In this document: piece after piece, positions 1 to 9,832 of the stretch
Position numbering within the stretch: position 1 is the stretch's first letter
Layout of the letters: every line of letters begins with the position of its first letter
Source of the DNA: Haloquadratum walsbyi C23
GTDB taxonomy: Archaea; Halobacteriota; Halobacteria; Halobacteriales; Haloferacaceae
NCBI RefSeq assembly: GCF_000237865.1
Contig: NC_017459.1
Coordinates: 840,001-872,000 of the forward strand
DNA length: 32,000 nt
Direction: 5' to 3'
Program-made: the position numbers and the translations under genes
Notes under the pieces: model-generated
The model's input: the letters and a program-made list of their open reading frames with translations, nothing else
Databases searched by the model: none
What the model was told of the DNA's origin: nothing

Positions 1-110
1 AAACAACCCGTGTGATCGTCACGCTTTCTGCACTCAGTGCAATTGCACTTGGGCTTGCTGCATCAGACCTTATCAGCATATTAGAACCGGCATTGGAGGT
101 CTACTTCTAA
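1..110 (+). CDS. 3' end of a membrane-protein gene entering from upstream (probably another Mrp/Mnh antiporter subunit); partial
   Basis: Frame 3 is open from the window edge and reads TTRVIVTLSALSAIALGLAASDLISILEPALEVYF*, which is hydrophobic and helix-like. Its TAA (108-110) overlaps the next ATG (TAATG), suggesting operon-style coupling. Confidence 0.5.
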   Translation, partial: TTRVIVTLSALSAIALGLAASDLISILEPALEVYF

Positions 111-2206
111 TGGCTGAGATTATTTCACTAAGACCACTAATAGCGGTCATACTTCCAGCTATTGGTATTGCTGGGATCGTTCTCTCTCGTCGATATCAAA
201 ATATCCGAGAAGGAGCAACAATTATCACTGCTGTATCGACAGTCGCTATCATTGCAAGTCTTCTCCCTGCTGTTCTTGCCGGTAATGTTTATATTACCAA
301 TCTTGGGTCGTTCGTTCCTGGTGTTGCATTTACGCTCCGTGCAGATGCACTTGGAACGCTCTTTGCACTTCTTGCAAGCTTCCTGTGGGTCATCACGAGC
401 TTCTATAGCATTGGGTATATGCGCGGACTGGACGAACATGCGCAAACACGATATTTTGCATCGTTCGCAGGGAGTGTCAGCGCAGCAATTGGCGTTGCTT
501 TCGCATCAAATCTTATTATTTTATACATTTTCTACGAATTACTCACCGTTGCAACATATCCGCTCGTTACGCATGATGAAAGTGATGCAGCACGGGCAGC
601 AGGTCGAAAATACCTTGCGTACACCTTCGGTGGTGGCGTTGCCGTTCTTGCCGGTATTGTGCTTGTCTTCTGGTCAACTGGTACTGTTGCATTCACCTCT
701 GGAGGCATTGCTTCACTTGCCTCTATTGATCCACTGATTGCTCGTGGTGCATTTGCCCTTCTTGCCGGTGGATTTGGTGTGAAAGCAGCACTCATACCAG
801 TTCATTCATGGCTTCCAGATGCAATGGTTGCACCGACTCCGGTCTCGGGATTGTTACACGCCGTTGCAGTTGTTAAAAGTGGTGTCTTCGGCATTTCTCG
901 TCTTGTTCTTGATGTTTACGGTCCAGAAACAGTCGCACAACTAGGTGTTGGAGTCCCGCTAGCGGTCGTTGCAGCAATAACGATTGTTATTGCAAGCGTC
1001 ATTGCGTTGAGACAGGACAATCTTAAGCGACGGCTTGCATATTCAACAATCAGTCAACTTTCATATATCGTTCTTGGGCTTGGGCTATTCTCTCCAGAAG
1101 CACTCATTGGTGGGTTACTTCATATCCCTGCCCACGCGTTCATGAAATTAACACTATTTTTCTGTGCAGGTGCCATCCATGTTGAGACTCATACAGATAA
1201 TATCAGCAAGATGGCTGGCATTGGTCGGCGAATGCCGTTAACAATGAGTGCATTCGCTATTGCGAGTGTTGGAATGGCTGGATTGCCACTTGTCGCAGGA
1301 TTCGTGAGCAAGTGGTATCTACTTATTGGATCCGTTGATGCTGGGTATCCAATCTTTGCGATTGTGTTGCTCGGTTCAGGGATACTGAATATTGCATATT
1401 TCTGGCCGATTGTGTATCAAGCATTCTTCCAAACGGCGGCTGAGACGGATGCAAAACCAGTTGTCGAATTTTCGCTCGGTGGTCAATGGCACCCAATTCG
1501 AACCGATGGTCATGGACGTGAGTATGGTGATGAGCATACCGAAGAAACTGATGCTGATGCTGATGCTGATGATGGCGCCGACATCACCGCTGCAAGCGAT
1601 GCTGTCAATAATAAACAGTCAGACGATACTGGCAGTGAGTCCTCACAGCGGGAAACAGCGTTATCAGGTGACCCTAGCGATCCAAACGCAGAGACGGCAT
1701 ATGCCGTTGATATGTATCCGAGTGATCATACTACCGCTGACACAGAAGGCTCTGCGCAGCAGACCACTGCAGACACTATAGATGATACTGATGAATCTAT
1801 TGACCCCGATTCAGCATCCTCTGATAATGAAACCCTGAATACGGGAATGAATAGAGGACAAGACAGCACCGGCGTAGACGCTAGTTCATCGACAGACAGT
1901 TCATCTAAGTCTCCAACGCCAGATGCATCGCTTCTGAATACGCCTGAGACTGAAGTTGATGATAACACCGATACCAGCGCCAATATTGATCATCCTGATA
2001 TCGACGCACCAGACGACGATGACGCATATATGTCAGACCCTGTGTGGGACCGACGTACCATCTATACAGAAAGCACATGGTTCATGCTTGGACCAATTGT
2101 GATTGCTGTTACTGGTGCAGTGGCGCTTGGAATTATCCCACAGCAAGTTGTCTTTCTTTCATTGATTGAACAAGTTGTTACTGCGGCAACGGGGGTGATA
2201 ATATGA
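110..2206 (+). CDS. mrpD: Mrp/Mnh cation:proton antiporter subunit D-like protein (NuoL/M/N proton-conducting transporter family) with a large acidic insertion before the last TM helix
   Basis: 698-aa ORF. The first ~445 aa are polytopic membrane protein with family-typical motifs (HSWLPDAMVAPTPVSGLLHAVAVVKSGVFG, AYSTISQLSYIVLGLG, HAFMKLTLFFCAG). The start overlaps the previous stop and the stop overlaps the next start. Confidence 0.85.
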   Translation: MAEIISLRPLIAVILPAIGIAGIVLSRRYQNIREGATIITAVSTVAIIASLLPAVLAGNVYITNLGSFVPGVAFTLRADALGTLFALLASFLWVITSFYSIGYMRGLDEHAQTRYFASFAGSVSAAIGVAFASNLIILYIFYELLTVATYPLVTHDESDAARAAGRKYLAYTFGGGVAVLAGIVLVFWSTGTVAFTSGGIASLASIDPLIARGAFALLAGGFGVKAALIPVHSWLPDAMVAPTPVSGLLHAVAVVKSGVFGISRLVLDVYGPETVAQLGVGVPLAVVAAITIVIASVIALRQDNLKRRLAYSTISQLSYIVLGLGLFSPEALIGGLLHIPAHAFMKLTLFFCAGAIHVETHTDNISKMAGIGRRMPLTMSAFAIASVGMAGLPLVAGFVSKWYLLIGSVDAGYPIFAIVLLGSGILNIAYFWPIVYQAFFQTAAETDAKPVVEFSLGGQWHPIRTDGHGREYGDEHTEETDADADADDGADITAASDAVNNKQSDDTGSESSQRETALSGDPSDPNAETAYAVDMYPSDHTTADTEGSAQQTTADTIDDTDESIDPDSASSDNETLNTGMNRGQDSTGVDASSSTDSSSKSPTPDASLLNTPETEVDDNTDTSANIDHPDIDAPDDDDAYMSDPVWDRRTIYTESTWFMLGPIVIAVTGAVALGIIPQQVVFLSLIEQVVTAATGVII

Positions 2207-4119
2207 GTGAACTTTCTGTATTAATTTCTACTGTGGTATCCATATTTACGCTAACTGAGATGTGTATGCAATTAGCTCTCTCTGCTTTCGCTAATATCAC
2301 GTATACGATACTCCCAGCTGCTGCAGCACCGTCATTACCAACCATCGAGTTCGTAATTCCATTTCCGCCAGCATTTGCAATCCTCAGCATTGCGCTCATT
2401 GCGCCGTTTCTCTCTCGTCGAGTTGGTCATATACTCGGGGTAATTGTGACCGCTGGTGTTGCGGTTATCTCACTTGTTTCACCTGTTGGTGCACACTTAC
2501 CCGTTACATTTCTTGGATTTGATGCTGTATTATTCAATGTAGATGCATTCTCCCGAGTGATGGGCATTATCTTTGGAACCATTGGTGCAGCGGCAGTCCT
2601 CTATTCATACTCTTCACAAGCATCAAATCGGCAGACAGCCTTTGCGCTTGGCTATGTCGGGACGAGTATTGGCTCCGTGTTTGCCGGTGATTGGCTAACG
2701 CTTGTTTTCTTTTGGGAATTGATGGCTATCACCAGTACAGCGCTAGTCTGGGACTACGGCGGTGAAGCCGTTCGTGCTGGATTCAGATATGCTATTTATC
2801 ACGGTATTGGTGGAAGCTTATTGATTGCAGCCGTGATCTGGCATTATGTCGACGTCGGGTCATTCTTATTTACTGCAGCAAGTGGATTAACAGCGGGCAT
2901 TCCTGCTGCGCTTGCTGCTGTTGGTATTGGTGTGAACGTTGGATTCGTTGGGTTACATGTGTGGCTTCCAGATACATACCCTCGACCACACATCGCTGCA
3001 AGCGTCTTTCTCTCTGTTTATACAACAAAGACTGGTGTGTATGGTCTTGCCCGCGCGTTCCCTGATGGGAATGTTCTTATTGCATATATGGGTGCAGCAA
3101 TGGCTTTGGTTGGTGTTGTATATGCACTCTTACAAAATGATATGCGCCGATTGCTATCGTATCATATTCAATCACAAGTTGGATATATGGTCGCTGGGAT
3201 TGGCATTGGAACCGCTCTCGCAACAGCAGGCGCGTTTGCGCATATATTCAATCATATTCTATACAAAGCACTGCTGTTCATGACTGCTGGTGTTGTTGTC
3301 TCTCGCGTCGGTGAAGAAAATCTAAAATACCTTGGTGGACTCCGTCGATATCTCCCACTTACTGCATTAGCGTTTGGTATTGCGGCGCTATCAATTAGCG
3401 GATTTCCTGGATTTAATGGCTTCGTCAGTAAAGGAATGATTACTGCAGCAGCAGATAAAAAGAACTTTGATGGAATTTTCTATATACTACTTGCTGCCGG
3501 TGTCGGAACGTTCATGTCATTCATCAAATTTGGGTATTATGCATTTATCCGCTCAACTCCTGATTCAGGAGTGATTGCTGGAAGTGAAAATGCCGATACT
3601 GATATTATCTCATCAGCGATAGGTCAGCGTGTTGCAATGCTTAGCGTCGCAACGTTATGTATTTTATTTGGGCTATTCCCAGATGCACTCTTTGCACTTC
3701 TCCCAGGAAGTACCACTGATGCACATCCATTCACACTGGGGCATCTTACCGAAGGCATTGTGCTTGCCGTGCTTGGCATCATTGGGTTTGCACTCGTCAA
3801 ACGACCAATTTCTAATATTGGGAAGGTTCCTGATATTGATGCAGTGATTAATCCCGGAGCATTTTATCTTACTCGTGGACTTGTCCGTGGAACAACAGAG
3901 ATATTCGCGATTGTTGATAATGCTATTCAAGATATCGCAACGCGCTCGCTTGAGATTACCGCTAACCCGTATGGTTCAATCCGACAACCGGCGGCAATAC
4001 TGCTTCAGCGAGATCCAGATACGCTCACTGATGGAAGTTTGCAAGCAACGATTGGAACAAGTGTGCTTCTCGTTGTTGTTGTCCTTGTTATTGCGTTTAT
4101 TGGGACCATGTCTATGTGA
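2203..4119 (+). CDS. mrpD: second MrpD/NuoN-like antiporter membrane subunit
   Basis: 638-aa polytopic ORF with paralogous motifs (WLPDTYPRPHIAASVFLSVYTKTGVYG-type, LLSYHIQSQVGYMVAGIG, HILYKALLFMTAG). ATGA overlap with the upstream gene at 2203-2206. The exact start is uncertain because internal Met codons follow. Confidence 0.8.
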   Translation: MSELSVLISTVVSIFTLTEMCMQLALSAFANITYTILPAAAAPSLPTIEFVIPFPPAFAILSIALIAPFLSRRVGHILGVIVTAGVAVISLVSPVGAHLPVTFLGFDAVLFNVDAFSRVMGIIFGTIGAAAVLYSYSSQASNRQTAFALGYVGTSIGSVFAGDWLTLVFFWELMAITSTALVWDYGGEAVRAGFRYAIYHGIGGSLLIAAVIWHYVDVGSFLFTAASGLTAGIPAALAAVGIGVNVGFVGLHVWLPDTYPRPHIAASVFLSVYTTKTGVYGLARAFPDGNVLIAYMGAAMALVGVVYALLQNDMRRLLSYHIQSQVGYMVAGIGIGTALATAGAFAHIFNHILYKALLFMTAGVVVSRVGEENLKYLGGLRRYLPLTALAFGIAALSISGFPGFNGFVSKGMITAAADKKNFDGIFYILLAAGVGTFMSFIKFGYYAFIRSTPDSGVIAGSENADTDIISSAIGQRVAMLSVATLCILFGLFPDALFALLPGSTTDAHPFTLGHLTEGIVLAVLGIIGFALVKRPISNIGKVPDIDAVINPGAFYLTRGLVRGTTEIFAIVDNAIQDIATRSLEITANPYGSIRQPAAILLQRDPDTLTDGSLQATIGTSVLLVVVVLVIAFIGTMSM

Positions 4120-4465
4120 GTTGAGTATAGCTACTCATATATCTCCGTTCAAGGATTCAAGCTCACACACTCACGTTCTGCAAGAAAAAAAGCGACCGTC
4201 CTGAACCAAATGATCATAGAACAAGGGTAACACGACCTCAAGTTAACAAAAATCGCTATTATACTACCTGTAGAGAGTAGACTGTTTGTGAGGACTGGCA
4301 ACGGAATATACCATTTATTACTCTTTTCTGAGTGCTGTTACCGTTATTCAAACAGCGGATCGATCACAAGAGCATGAGATCTTATCATCTCAGCATTATT
4401 TTCATGGAGTGAGCGGCGTCACTAACAAGCGAGTCTGGTGATATCAGTCGCTCTATACGTCCTTT

Positions 4466-5623
4466 TTACTCATCGAATTTCTCAGCAAGTTTATTTGCAA
4501 TGCTTGCGCCAAGAACCTGCTTTGAATCATTAATCACTGTCGTTGAGTCATCGACAATAATTGCACGCGTCTCAGCGTCACCCATCACTGAGGCATTATT
4601 TGCGACGACGAATGAAAGATCAACCCGATCGCGAAGACTCTCCGCAACAGCAACCATCGATTCTTCATCACCTGATGTTTCAGCTTTAAATCCAACCATC
4701 GGAAGGTCTGGGTACGCATTCCGAACTCCATCAAGTAATTTTTCAGTTGGTTCTAACTCAAGCGTTCGCGGTTTGCCTGATCGGATCTTTTCTGGGGCAG
4801 TATCAACAGTATAATCGCTAATTGCAGCCGCACAAATAAGTGCATCTACTCCGGTATCAAGCATCTCAAACGTCGCAGACCGCATATCTGCAGTTGACTC
4901 AACTGATCGTGTTTGTGCATAGTGGACATCGTCTCCCGTATGAATAAGTGTAACCTCAGCGCCACGTATGTGGCATTCACGTGCAACAGCTCGACCTGTC
5001 CGCCCCGAAGATCGATTAGTAAGCACTCGGATAGGGTCAATTGATTCCTTGGTCGCACCTGCGGTCACGACAATATGCTGTCCAACGAGCGGTTGTGACC
5101 CGACAGTGCTCGCTACTGCGGTGATGATTGCGTCCTCTGTTGCAATCTTCGCCTTTTCTTCCTCGATACGTGGGGAGACAAACGTCACACCCCATGATTC
5201 AATTGTCTCAATTGCATCAAGCACTCCTGGGTGATCATACATCGGCTCATGCATTGCAGGGACAACGACTACTGGAACATCCGCACCAAGTGCCGTCGTT
5301 GCACATGTTGTTACTGGGGTATCATCGACTGCAGTAGCGATCTTTCCGACGGTGTTTGCTGTTGCTGGAGCAAGCAATAGCACATCAGCCCATCCGGACC
5401 GACCGCACAGTCCGACATGTTCGACCTGACCGGTTATTTCTGTCACAACCGGGTTCTCAGTGGCAAACTCAACAGCCCATGGATGGATAATCCCCTGTGC
5501 GCTTTCGGTCATTACCCCACGGACAGTCGCACCCTGTCGACGAAGCTCATGGGCAAGTTCAACCACTTTGACAGCGGCTATACTCCCCGAAATACCCAGT
5601 GCAACATTAACACCGTCCAACAT
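4466..5623 (-). CDS. coaBC: bifunctional phosphopantothenoylcysteine decarboxylase / phosphopantothenate-cysteine ligase
   Basis: 385 aa. N-terminal flavoprotein domain (VALGISGSIAAVK, VVVVPAMH) followed by a CoaB-type domain (VTAGATKESIDPIRVLTNRSSG, ICAAAISDY). ATG at 5621-5623. Confidence 0.9.
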   Translation of the reverse strand: MLDGVNVALGISGSIAAVKVVELAHELRRQGATVRGVMTESAQGIIHPWAVEFATENPVVTEITGQVEHVGLCGRSGWADVLLLAPATANTVGKIATAVDDTPVTTCATTALGADVPVVVVPAMHEPMYDHPGVLDAIETIESWGVTFVSPRIEEEKAKIATEDAIITAVASTVGSQPLVGQHIVVTAGATKESIDPIRVLTNRSSGRTGRAVARECHIRGAEVTLIHTGDDVHYAQTRSVESTADMRSATFEMLDTGVDALICAAAISDYTVDTAPEKIRSGKPRTLELEPTEKLLDGVRNAYPDLPMVGFKAETSGDEESMVAVAESLRDRVDLSFVVANNASVMGDAETRAIIVDDSTTVINDSKQVLGASIANKLAEKFDE

Positions 5624-5862
5624 TATTATATCATTTGACAGGCGTCGGCTAAAGCCTACGGTGTCAAATCGTAAAGTGTGAAGGACTATTTGCCTCTAAA
5701 ATTGTGAGAGTGTGCTCTGCTCTTTCTCCTCACTTTATTCCCATCATCATGACATCATACGCTGGCAGTATTCTTCACATCCTGAGTGTCAAGGCTGGAC
5801 CGGATTTTGGTAGTAAAAGTCCCATAACACTCATTCCGTTTCAGTGAGACTCATGAGATGCC

Positions 5863-6405
5863 GTGGATGAACTTGTTGTCAGCACTGTTGTGTACCGTCC
5901 TCAACATGAGGTATACGACTTTCTTATCAGATTCCCACGATACGCCAAATACTCAGATCATCTTCGCGAGGTACTCACACGACCAGACTCTGAGAGGTCA
6001 AACACACGATATGGACTGAAATTCGCATGGTGGAAACTGACGTACACCGTTGAATCGGAGGTGACTGATACAGATCGACCACATACCATTGACTGGCGTA
6101 TTATTAGAAATCTTAGTGCCCGTGGTCGATGGCGACTTAGGAAAATTGAGGATGATTCATTCCCTGTCACTGCGCCAGATACGGCTAATGCAGCTACCCG
6201 CGTCACGTTTGAGGCAGCCTATGACCCTGACTCAGCAAATCGAGGGAATATCAATCTTCCACGATTTGTCTCATTTGGATGGGTCATTGATCGACTTGAG
6301 CCTGCAATCCGGAAGGAAGCCAAAGAGACGGTGCAACGTGTTGTTACAGATCTTGAGGGTCGCTCACGACCGGTTGAACTCACAGTTGAGCACCACTCAG
6401 GCTAA
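5863..6405 (+). CDS. SRPBCC-superfamily protein (polyketide cyclase/dehydrase-like)
   Basis: 180-aa acidic ORF. The N-terminus (VVYRPQHEVYDFLIRFPRYAKYSDHL) resembles haloarchaeal SRPBCC proteins, judged from memory. GTG start, with no in-frame ATG nearby. Confidence 0.65.
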   Translation: MDELVVSTVVYRPQHEVYDFLIRFPRYAKYSDHLREVLTRPDSERSNTRYGLKFAWWKLTYTVESEVTDTDRPHTIDWRIIRNLSARGRWRLRKIEDDSFPVTAPDTANAATRVTFEAAYDPDSANRGNINLPRFVSFGWVIDRLEPAIRKEAKETVQRVVTDLEGRSRPVELTVEHHSG

Positions 6406-6452
6406 CCAGTCGATATACATACACGATATTAAACACTCAGAATTGATATCCC

Positions 6453-6541
6453 CCTCGGCGTGAACGCGGAGGAGTCCTGCGTGTGAGTGGTGGAGATTGC
6501 AGGGTTGCAAGGAGTTTGAGCAGTTAATCTGAAGGAGTATA
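6453..6541 (+). repeat. possible distant member of the same hairpin repeat family
   Basis: Hairpin CCTCGGCG-TGAA-CGCGGAGG (6453-6472) is ~16/21 identical to the 31584 hairpin. GTTAATCTG (6523-6531) and ..ATAAG follow, as in copy E. The short matches are individually weak. Confidence 0.3.
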
Positions 6542-6669
6542 AATAAGCCCCAACGCTTGTGATTGTGGGTGTTCATATAATGCGAAAGAGAAAAACCGCC
6601 AGGTCGGACACACTTTGAGAGAGCAATGAGAATCCAAGACCGACACGACTGTCAGACTGAGGGAATTCG

Positions 6670-8007
6670 ATGCACGTGATTATTGTCGGTGCAGGACAGG
6701 TTGGATCGAGTATTGCGGCTGATCTCGCACCATCGCATGATGTCATTGTTGTTGATTATGATGCTAGTCGCGTCGAAGAGCTGAATTACTCGCTGGATGT
6801 GCTCGGAACTGTGGGTGATGGAACCTCTGTAAGCACGCTTGAAGACGCAGGCATTGAGAAAGCTGATATGGTCATTGCCTCGACTGATGATGATGAGACA
6901 AACATCGTTGTTTGTTCGACAGTAAAGGCAGTCGCGGACGCATTCACGATTGCTCGTGTCAAAGACACTGAATATCTCCGGACGTGGCAACGCTCTAATC
7001 GCGCCTTCGGTGTTGATTTTATGGTTTGCACGAACCTTCTCACCGCAGAGTCACTTGCTCGTATGATTGGACTTCCTGCTGCTCGTGATGTTGACCCATT
7101 CGCAAACGGTGAAGTGCAGATGGCAGAGTTCGAACTGAGCGAAGCAAGTCCAATCGCTGGACAGACAGTCGCATCAGCAGACCAATTTGAATCATTAACA
7201 TTTGCATCAATTCTGCGTGATGGCGCTGTTGAGATGCCGCGTGGTGAGACAACGCTTCATTCGGCAGATCGTGTTGTTGTCATTGGTTCGCCTGAGAGTG
7301 TACAGGAATTTGCCAGCACTGTTGATCCAGAAGAAGCAGGAGCAGATCCCGAGGAAGTGGTTATTATCGGCGGATCAAAGATAGGATATCATGTCGCTCG
7401 ACTGCTTGAAGCACAGGGCATTACTCCTCGAGTTATTGAGCAAGCGGACGACCGTGCACGCGAACTCGCAGAAAAGCTCCCTGCGTCAATTGTGATGCAG
7501 TCTGACCCAACCGATATTGAATTTCTGGAGCGTGAGCGGCTTGGCGATGCGGATGTCGTTGTGACTGTACTTGATTCTGATGAGAGAAATCTCCTCGTCT
7601 CATTATTAGCCTCTTTGATGGGTGTTGAACGGACGATTGCTGTGATCAATACAACTGAGTATGTCGATCTGTTTGAGACGGTCGGTGTTGATGTTGGACT
7701 CAGTCCACGTGAGGTAGTCGCCGAGGAAATCACACGGTTCACCCGCGAAGGTGATGCTGAAAATGTTGCACTCATTGAGTCTGATAAGGCTGAAGTGCTC
7801 GAAATCGAGATCGATGAAGATAGCATACTTGTTGATCGACCGATCCGTGATGCGATCAATGACCTCCCTGATGGGATTGTCGTTGGTGCCATAACTCGTG
7901 ATGATGAATTTATTACTCCTCGTGGAGACACGATAATCATCGCTGGTGACCGCGTTGTTGTTTTTGTTGATACTGATGTGGTTGACACAGCAGCACCAAA
8001 GTTGTGA
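6670..8007 (+). CDS. trkA: Trk potassium uptake system NAD-binding subunit TrkA
   Basis: 445 aa with two Rossmann motifs (IIVGAGQVGSS at the N-terminus, VIIGGSKIGYHVA mid-protein). This gives the duplicated RCK_N/RCK_C architecture. It lies next to trkH. Confidence 0.9.
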   Translation: MHVIIVGAGQVGSSIAADLAPSHDVIVVDYDASRVEELNYSLDVLGTVGDGTSVSTLEDAGIEKADMVIASTDDDETNIVVCSTVKAVADAFTIARVKDTEYLRTWQRSNRAFGVDFMVCTNLLTAESLARMIGLPAARDVDPFANGEVQMAEFELSEASPIAGQTVASADQFESLTFASILRDGAVEMPRGETTLHSADRVVVIGSPESVQEFASTVDPEEAGADPEEVVIIGGSKIGYHVARLLEAQGITPRVIEQADDRARELAEKLPASIVMQSDPTDIEFLERERLGDADVVVTVLDSDERNLLVSLLASLMGVERTIAVINTTEYVDLFETVGVDVGLSPREVVAEEITRFTREGDAENVALIESDKAEVLEIEIDEDSILVDRPIRDAINDLPDGIVVGAITRDDEFITPRGDTIIIAGDRVVVFVDTDVVDTAAPKL

Positions 8008-8170
8008 AACGGTTCATATGTCATCCCCGGCTCATTCGTATTACTCTGTTCCTTGTGACGAAGAGATCAACTTACAGGGGTGAACACACAAAATCACTCT
8101 CATGCATTATGCCCACTAATCATTCCGAAAGCACTACACGAAGTGGGTGAGAGGTATAAATACACCTTTG

Positions 8171-9775
8171 ATGTCAGTCCGTGTCGAATATAAAGCTAGC
8201 ATCAGTCTTGTTGGGTCGGTATTAAAGTATCTTACCGTCCCGCTAGTCATTCCGCTAGTAGTCGCATTCTGGTACGGAGAGTCAATTGTGCCGTTTATCG
8301 CAACGATGATTCTCACGGGGACTGTTGGACTTATACTCGACCGAATCGACCCAAGCCCTGATATCCGCCCACGTGAGGGGTTGTTGATGGTCGCATTAAC
8401 ATGGATTGCGGTGACGATTGTCGGTGCCGTTCCATATCTTGTTGAGGCACATGGAGTTCCGTTTATTACCCCTGCAATTCATCCAGGCTCAACACTTGCG
8501 AACCCGATGAATGCACTTTTTGAAAGTATGAGCGGGTTCACCACGACCGGAGCGACTGTCCTTGGTGATATCTCGTTTTCTTCACATACTCGTTCAATCA
8601 TGCTATGGCGGCAGCTTACCCAATGGCTTGGTGGAATGGGAATTGTTGTGCTTGCTGTTGCGATCCTTCCAGAACTGTCAGTCGGTGGTGCACAACTGAT
8701 GGAGACAGAAGCACCTGGTCCTGGTATTGAAAAGCTCACGCCGCGAATCGCTGAGACGGCACGTGCACTCTGGGTTGCATATCTAGGATTAACTGTCATC
8801 CAGGCAGGTCTCCTCTATGGGCTTTTCATAACTGGTATAGATCCACAGATGACGCTCTACAACGCCGTCTCACACGCGCTGACGACAATGCCAACCGGTG
8901 GATTTTCACCTGAGGCGCGGAGTGTTGAGGCGTTCAGTGCGGCCGCACAATGGATTATCATTCCATTTATGATTGCTGCAGGAACCAACTTTGCGCTTTT
9001 CTGGCGCGCTGCCACCGGTGACCCTCGTCGATTATTTGATGATTCAGAATTCAAATTCTATCTTGGTGTTCTTGCAGCGCTCACCGCAGTATTAACTGGA
9101 ATTTTATTTTCGGCACAGAGCTTGATTATAACCCCGCCTGCTGGTGGTACGGTTGACGCAGCATATCTTGAATCACTCCGTTCAGCAGTCCCCGGACAGT
9201 TTGAGCCTGCACTTCGTGATGCCCTCTTTCAAATCGTTTCTATTGTCACAACAACTGGATACGCAAATGTTGATTTTAATGCGTGGCGAACACCAGCGCA
9301 GTATTTATTATTATTCGCGATGTTCATCGGTGGGTCTGCAGGGTCAACAGGTGGCGGAATTAAAATTGTTCGCTGGTATATCATTCTAAAGACAGTCCGT
9401 CGAGAACTTTTCACCACTGCACATCCTGAAGCTATTAGACCAGTCCGGCTTGGTGGAAAGCCGCTTGATGAACGAGCGATACGGGGAATCTACGCATTTA
9501 CACTATTATATCTTGTCACTTTCTTCGTTGGCGCCGGGTTATTAGCGTTTGATGCATTTCGGGTTGGCGCTGATATCACTACATTAGAACTTCTCTCAGC
9601 AACCGCAGCAACCCTTGGAAATGTCGGTCCAGGATTCGGGTTTGTCGGACCGATGGGGGGCTATCTGTCATTTTCACCTGTAAGCAAATCACTAATGATT
9701 ATACTGATGTGGATCGGTCGTCTAGAAATATTACCAGTTATTGTGCTTTTAACGCCCGAATACTGGCAACAATAA
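8171..9775 (+). CDS. trkH: Trk-type potassium transporter membrane subunit TrkH
   Basis: Polytopic membrane ORF with TrkH/KtrB-like selectivity-filter segments (MSGFTTTGATV, TTMPTGGFSP, VTTTGYANVDF, GGSAGSTGGGIK). The ORF track starts at GTG 8147. I prefer the first ATG at 8171 (MSVRVEYKAS...). Confidence 0.88.
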   Translation: MSVRVEYKASISLVGSVLKYLTVPLVIPLVVAFWYGESIVPFIATMILTGTVGLILDRIDPSPDIRPREGLLMVALTWIAVTIVGAVPYLVEAHGVPFITPAIHPGSTLANPMNALFESMSGFTTTGATVLGDISFSSHTRSIMLWRQLTQWLGGMGIVVLAVAILPELSVGGAQLMETEAPGPGIEKLTPRIAETARALWVAYLGLTVIQAGLLYGLFITGIDPQMTLYNAVSHALTTMPTGGFSPEARSVEAFSAAAQWIIIPFMIAAGTNFALFWRAATGDPRRLFDDSEFKFYLGVLAALTAVLTGILFSAQSLIITPPAGGTVDAAYLESLRSAVPGQFEPALRDALFQIVSIVTTTGYANVDFNAWRTPAQYLLLFAMFIGGSAGSTGGGIKIVRWYIILKTVRRELFTTAHPEAIRPVRLGGKPLDERAIRGIYAFTLLYLVTFFVGAGLLAFDAFRVGADITTLELLSATAATLGNVGPGFGFVGPMGGYLSFSPVSKSLMIILMWIGRLEILPVIVLLTPEYWQQ

Positions 9776-9832
9776 TACATTTTTCGCCATCATCAAGAGA
9801 CTACTCAGACGCTCACGAATGTGGTACGATAT

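Noticed and set aside
7389-8024. Long antisense ORFs within confident genes (7389-8024 in trkA, 27218-27640 and 27977-28276 in rad50, 25556-26032 in mre11, 10585-11025 in gatA, 1726-1983 in mrpD, 16739-17050 in purL)
   Set aside because: These are Ser/Thr/Arg-rich shadow frames opposite GAN-rich acidic coding sequence. They have no independent signals, and the sense genes have clear family motifs.
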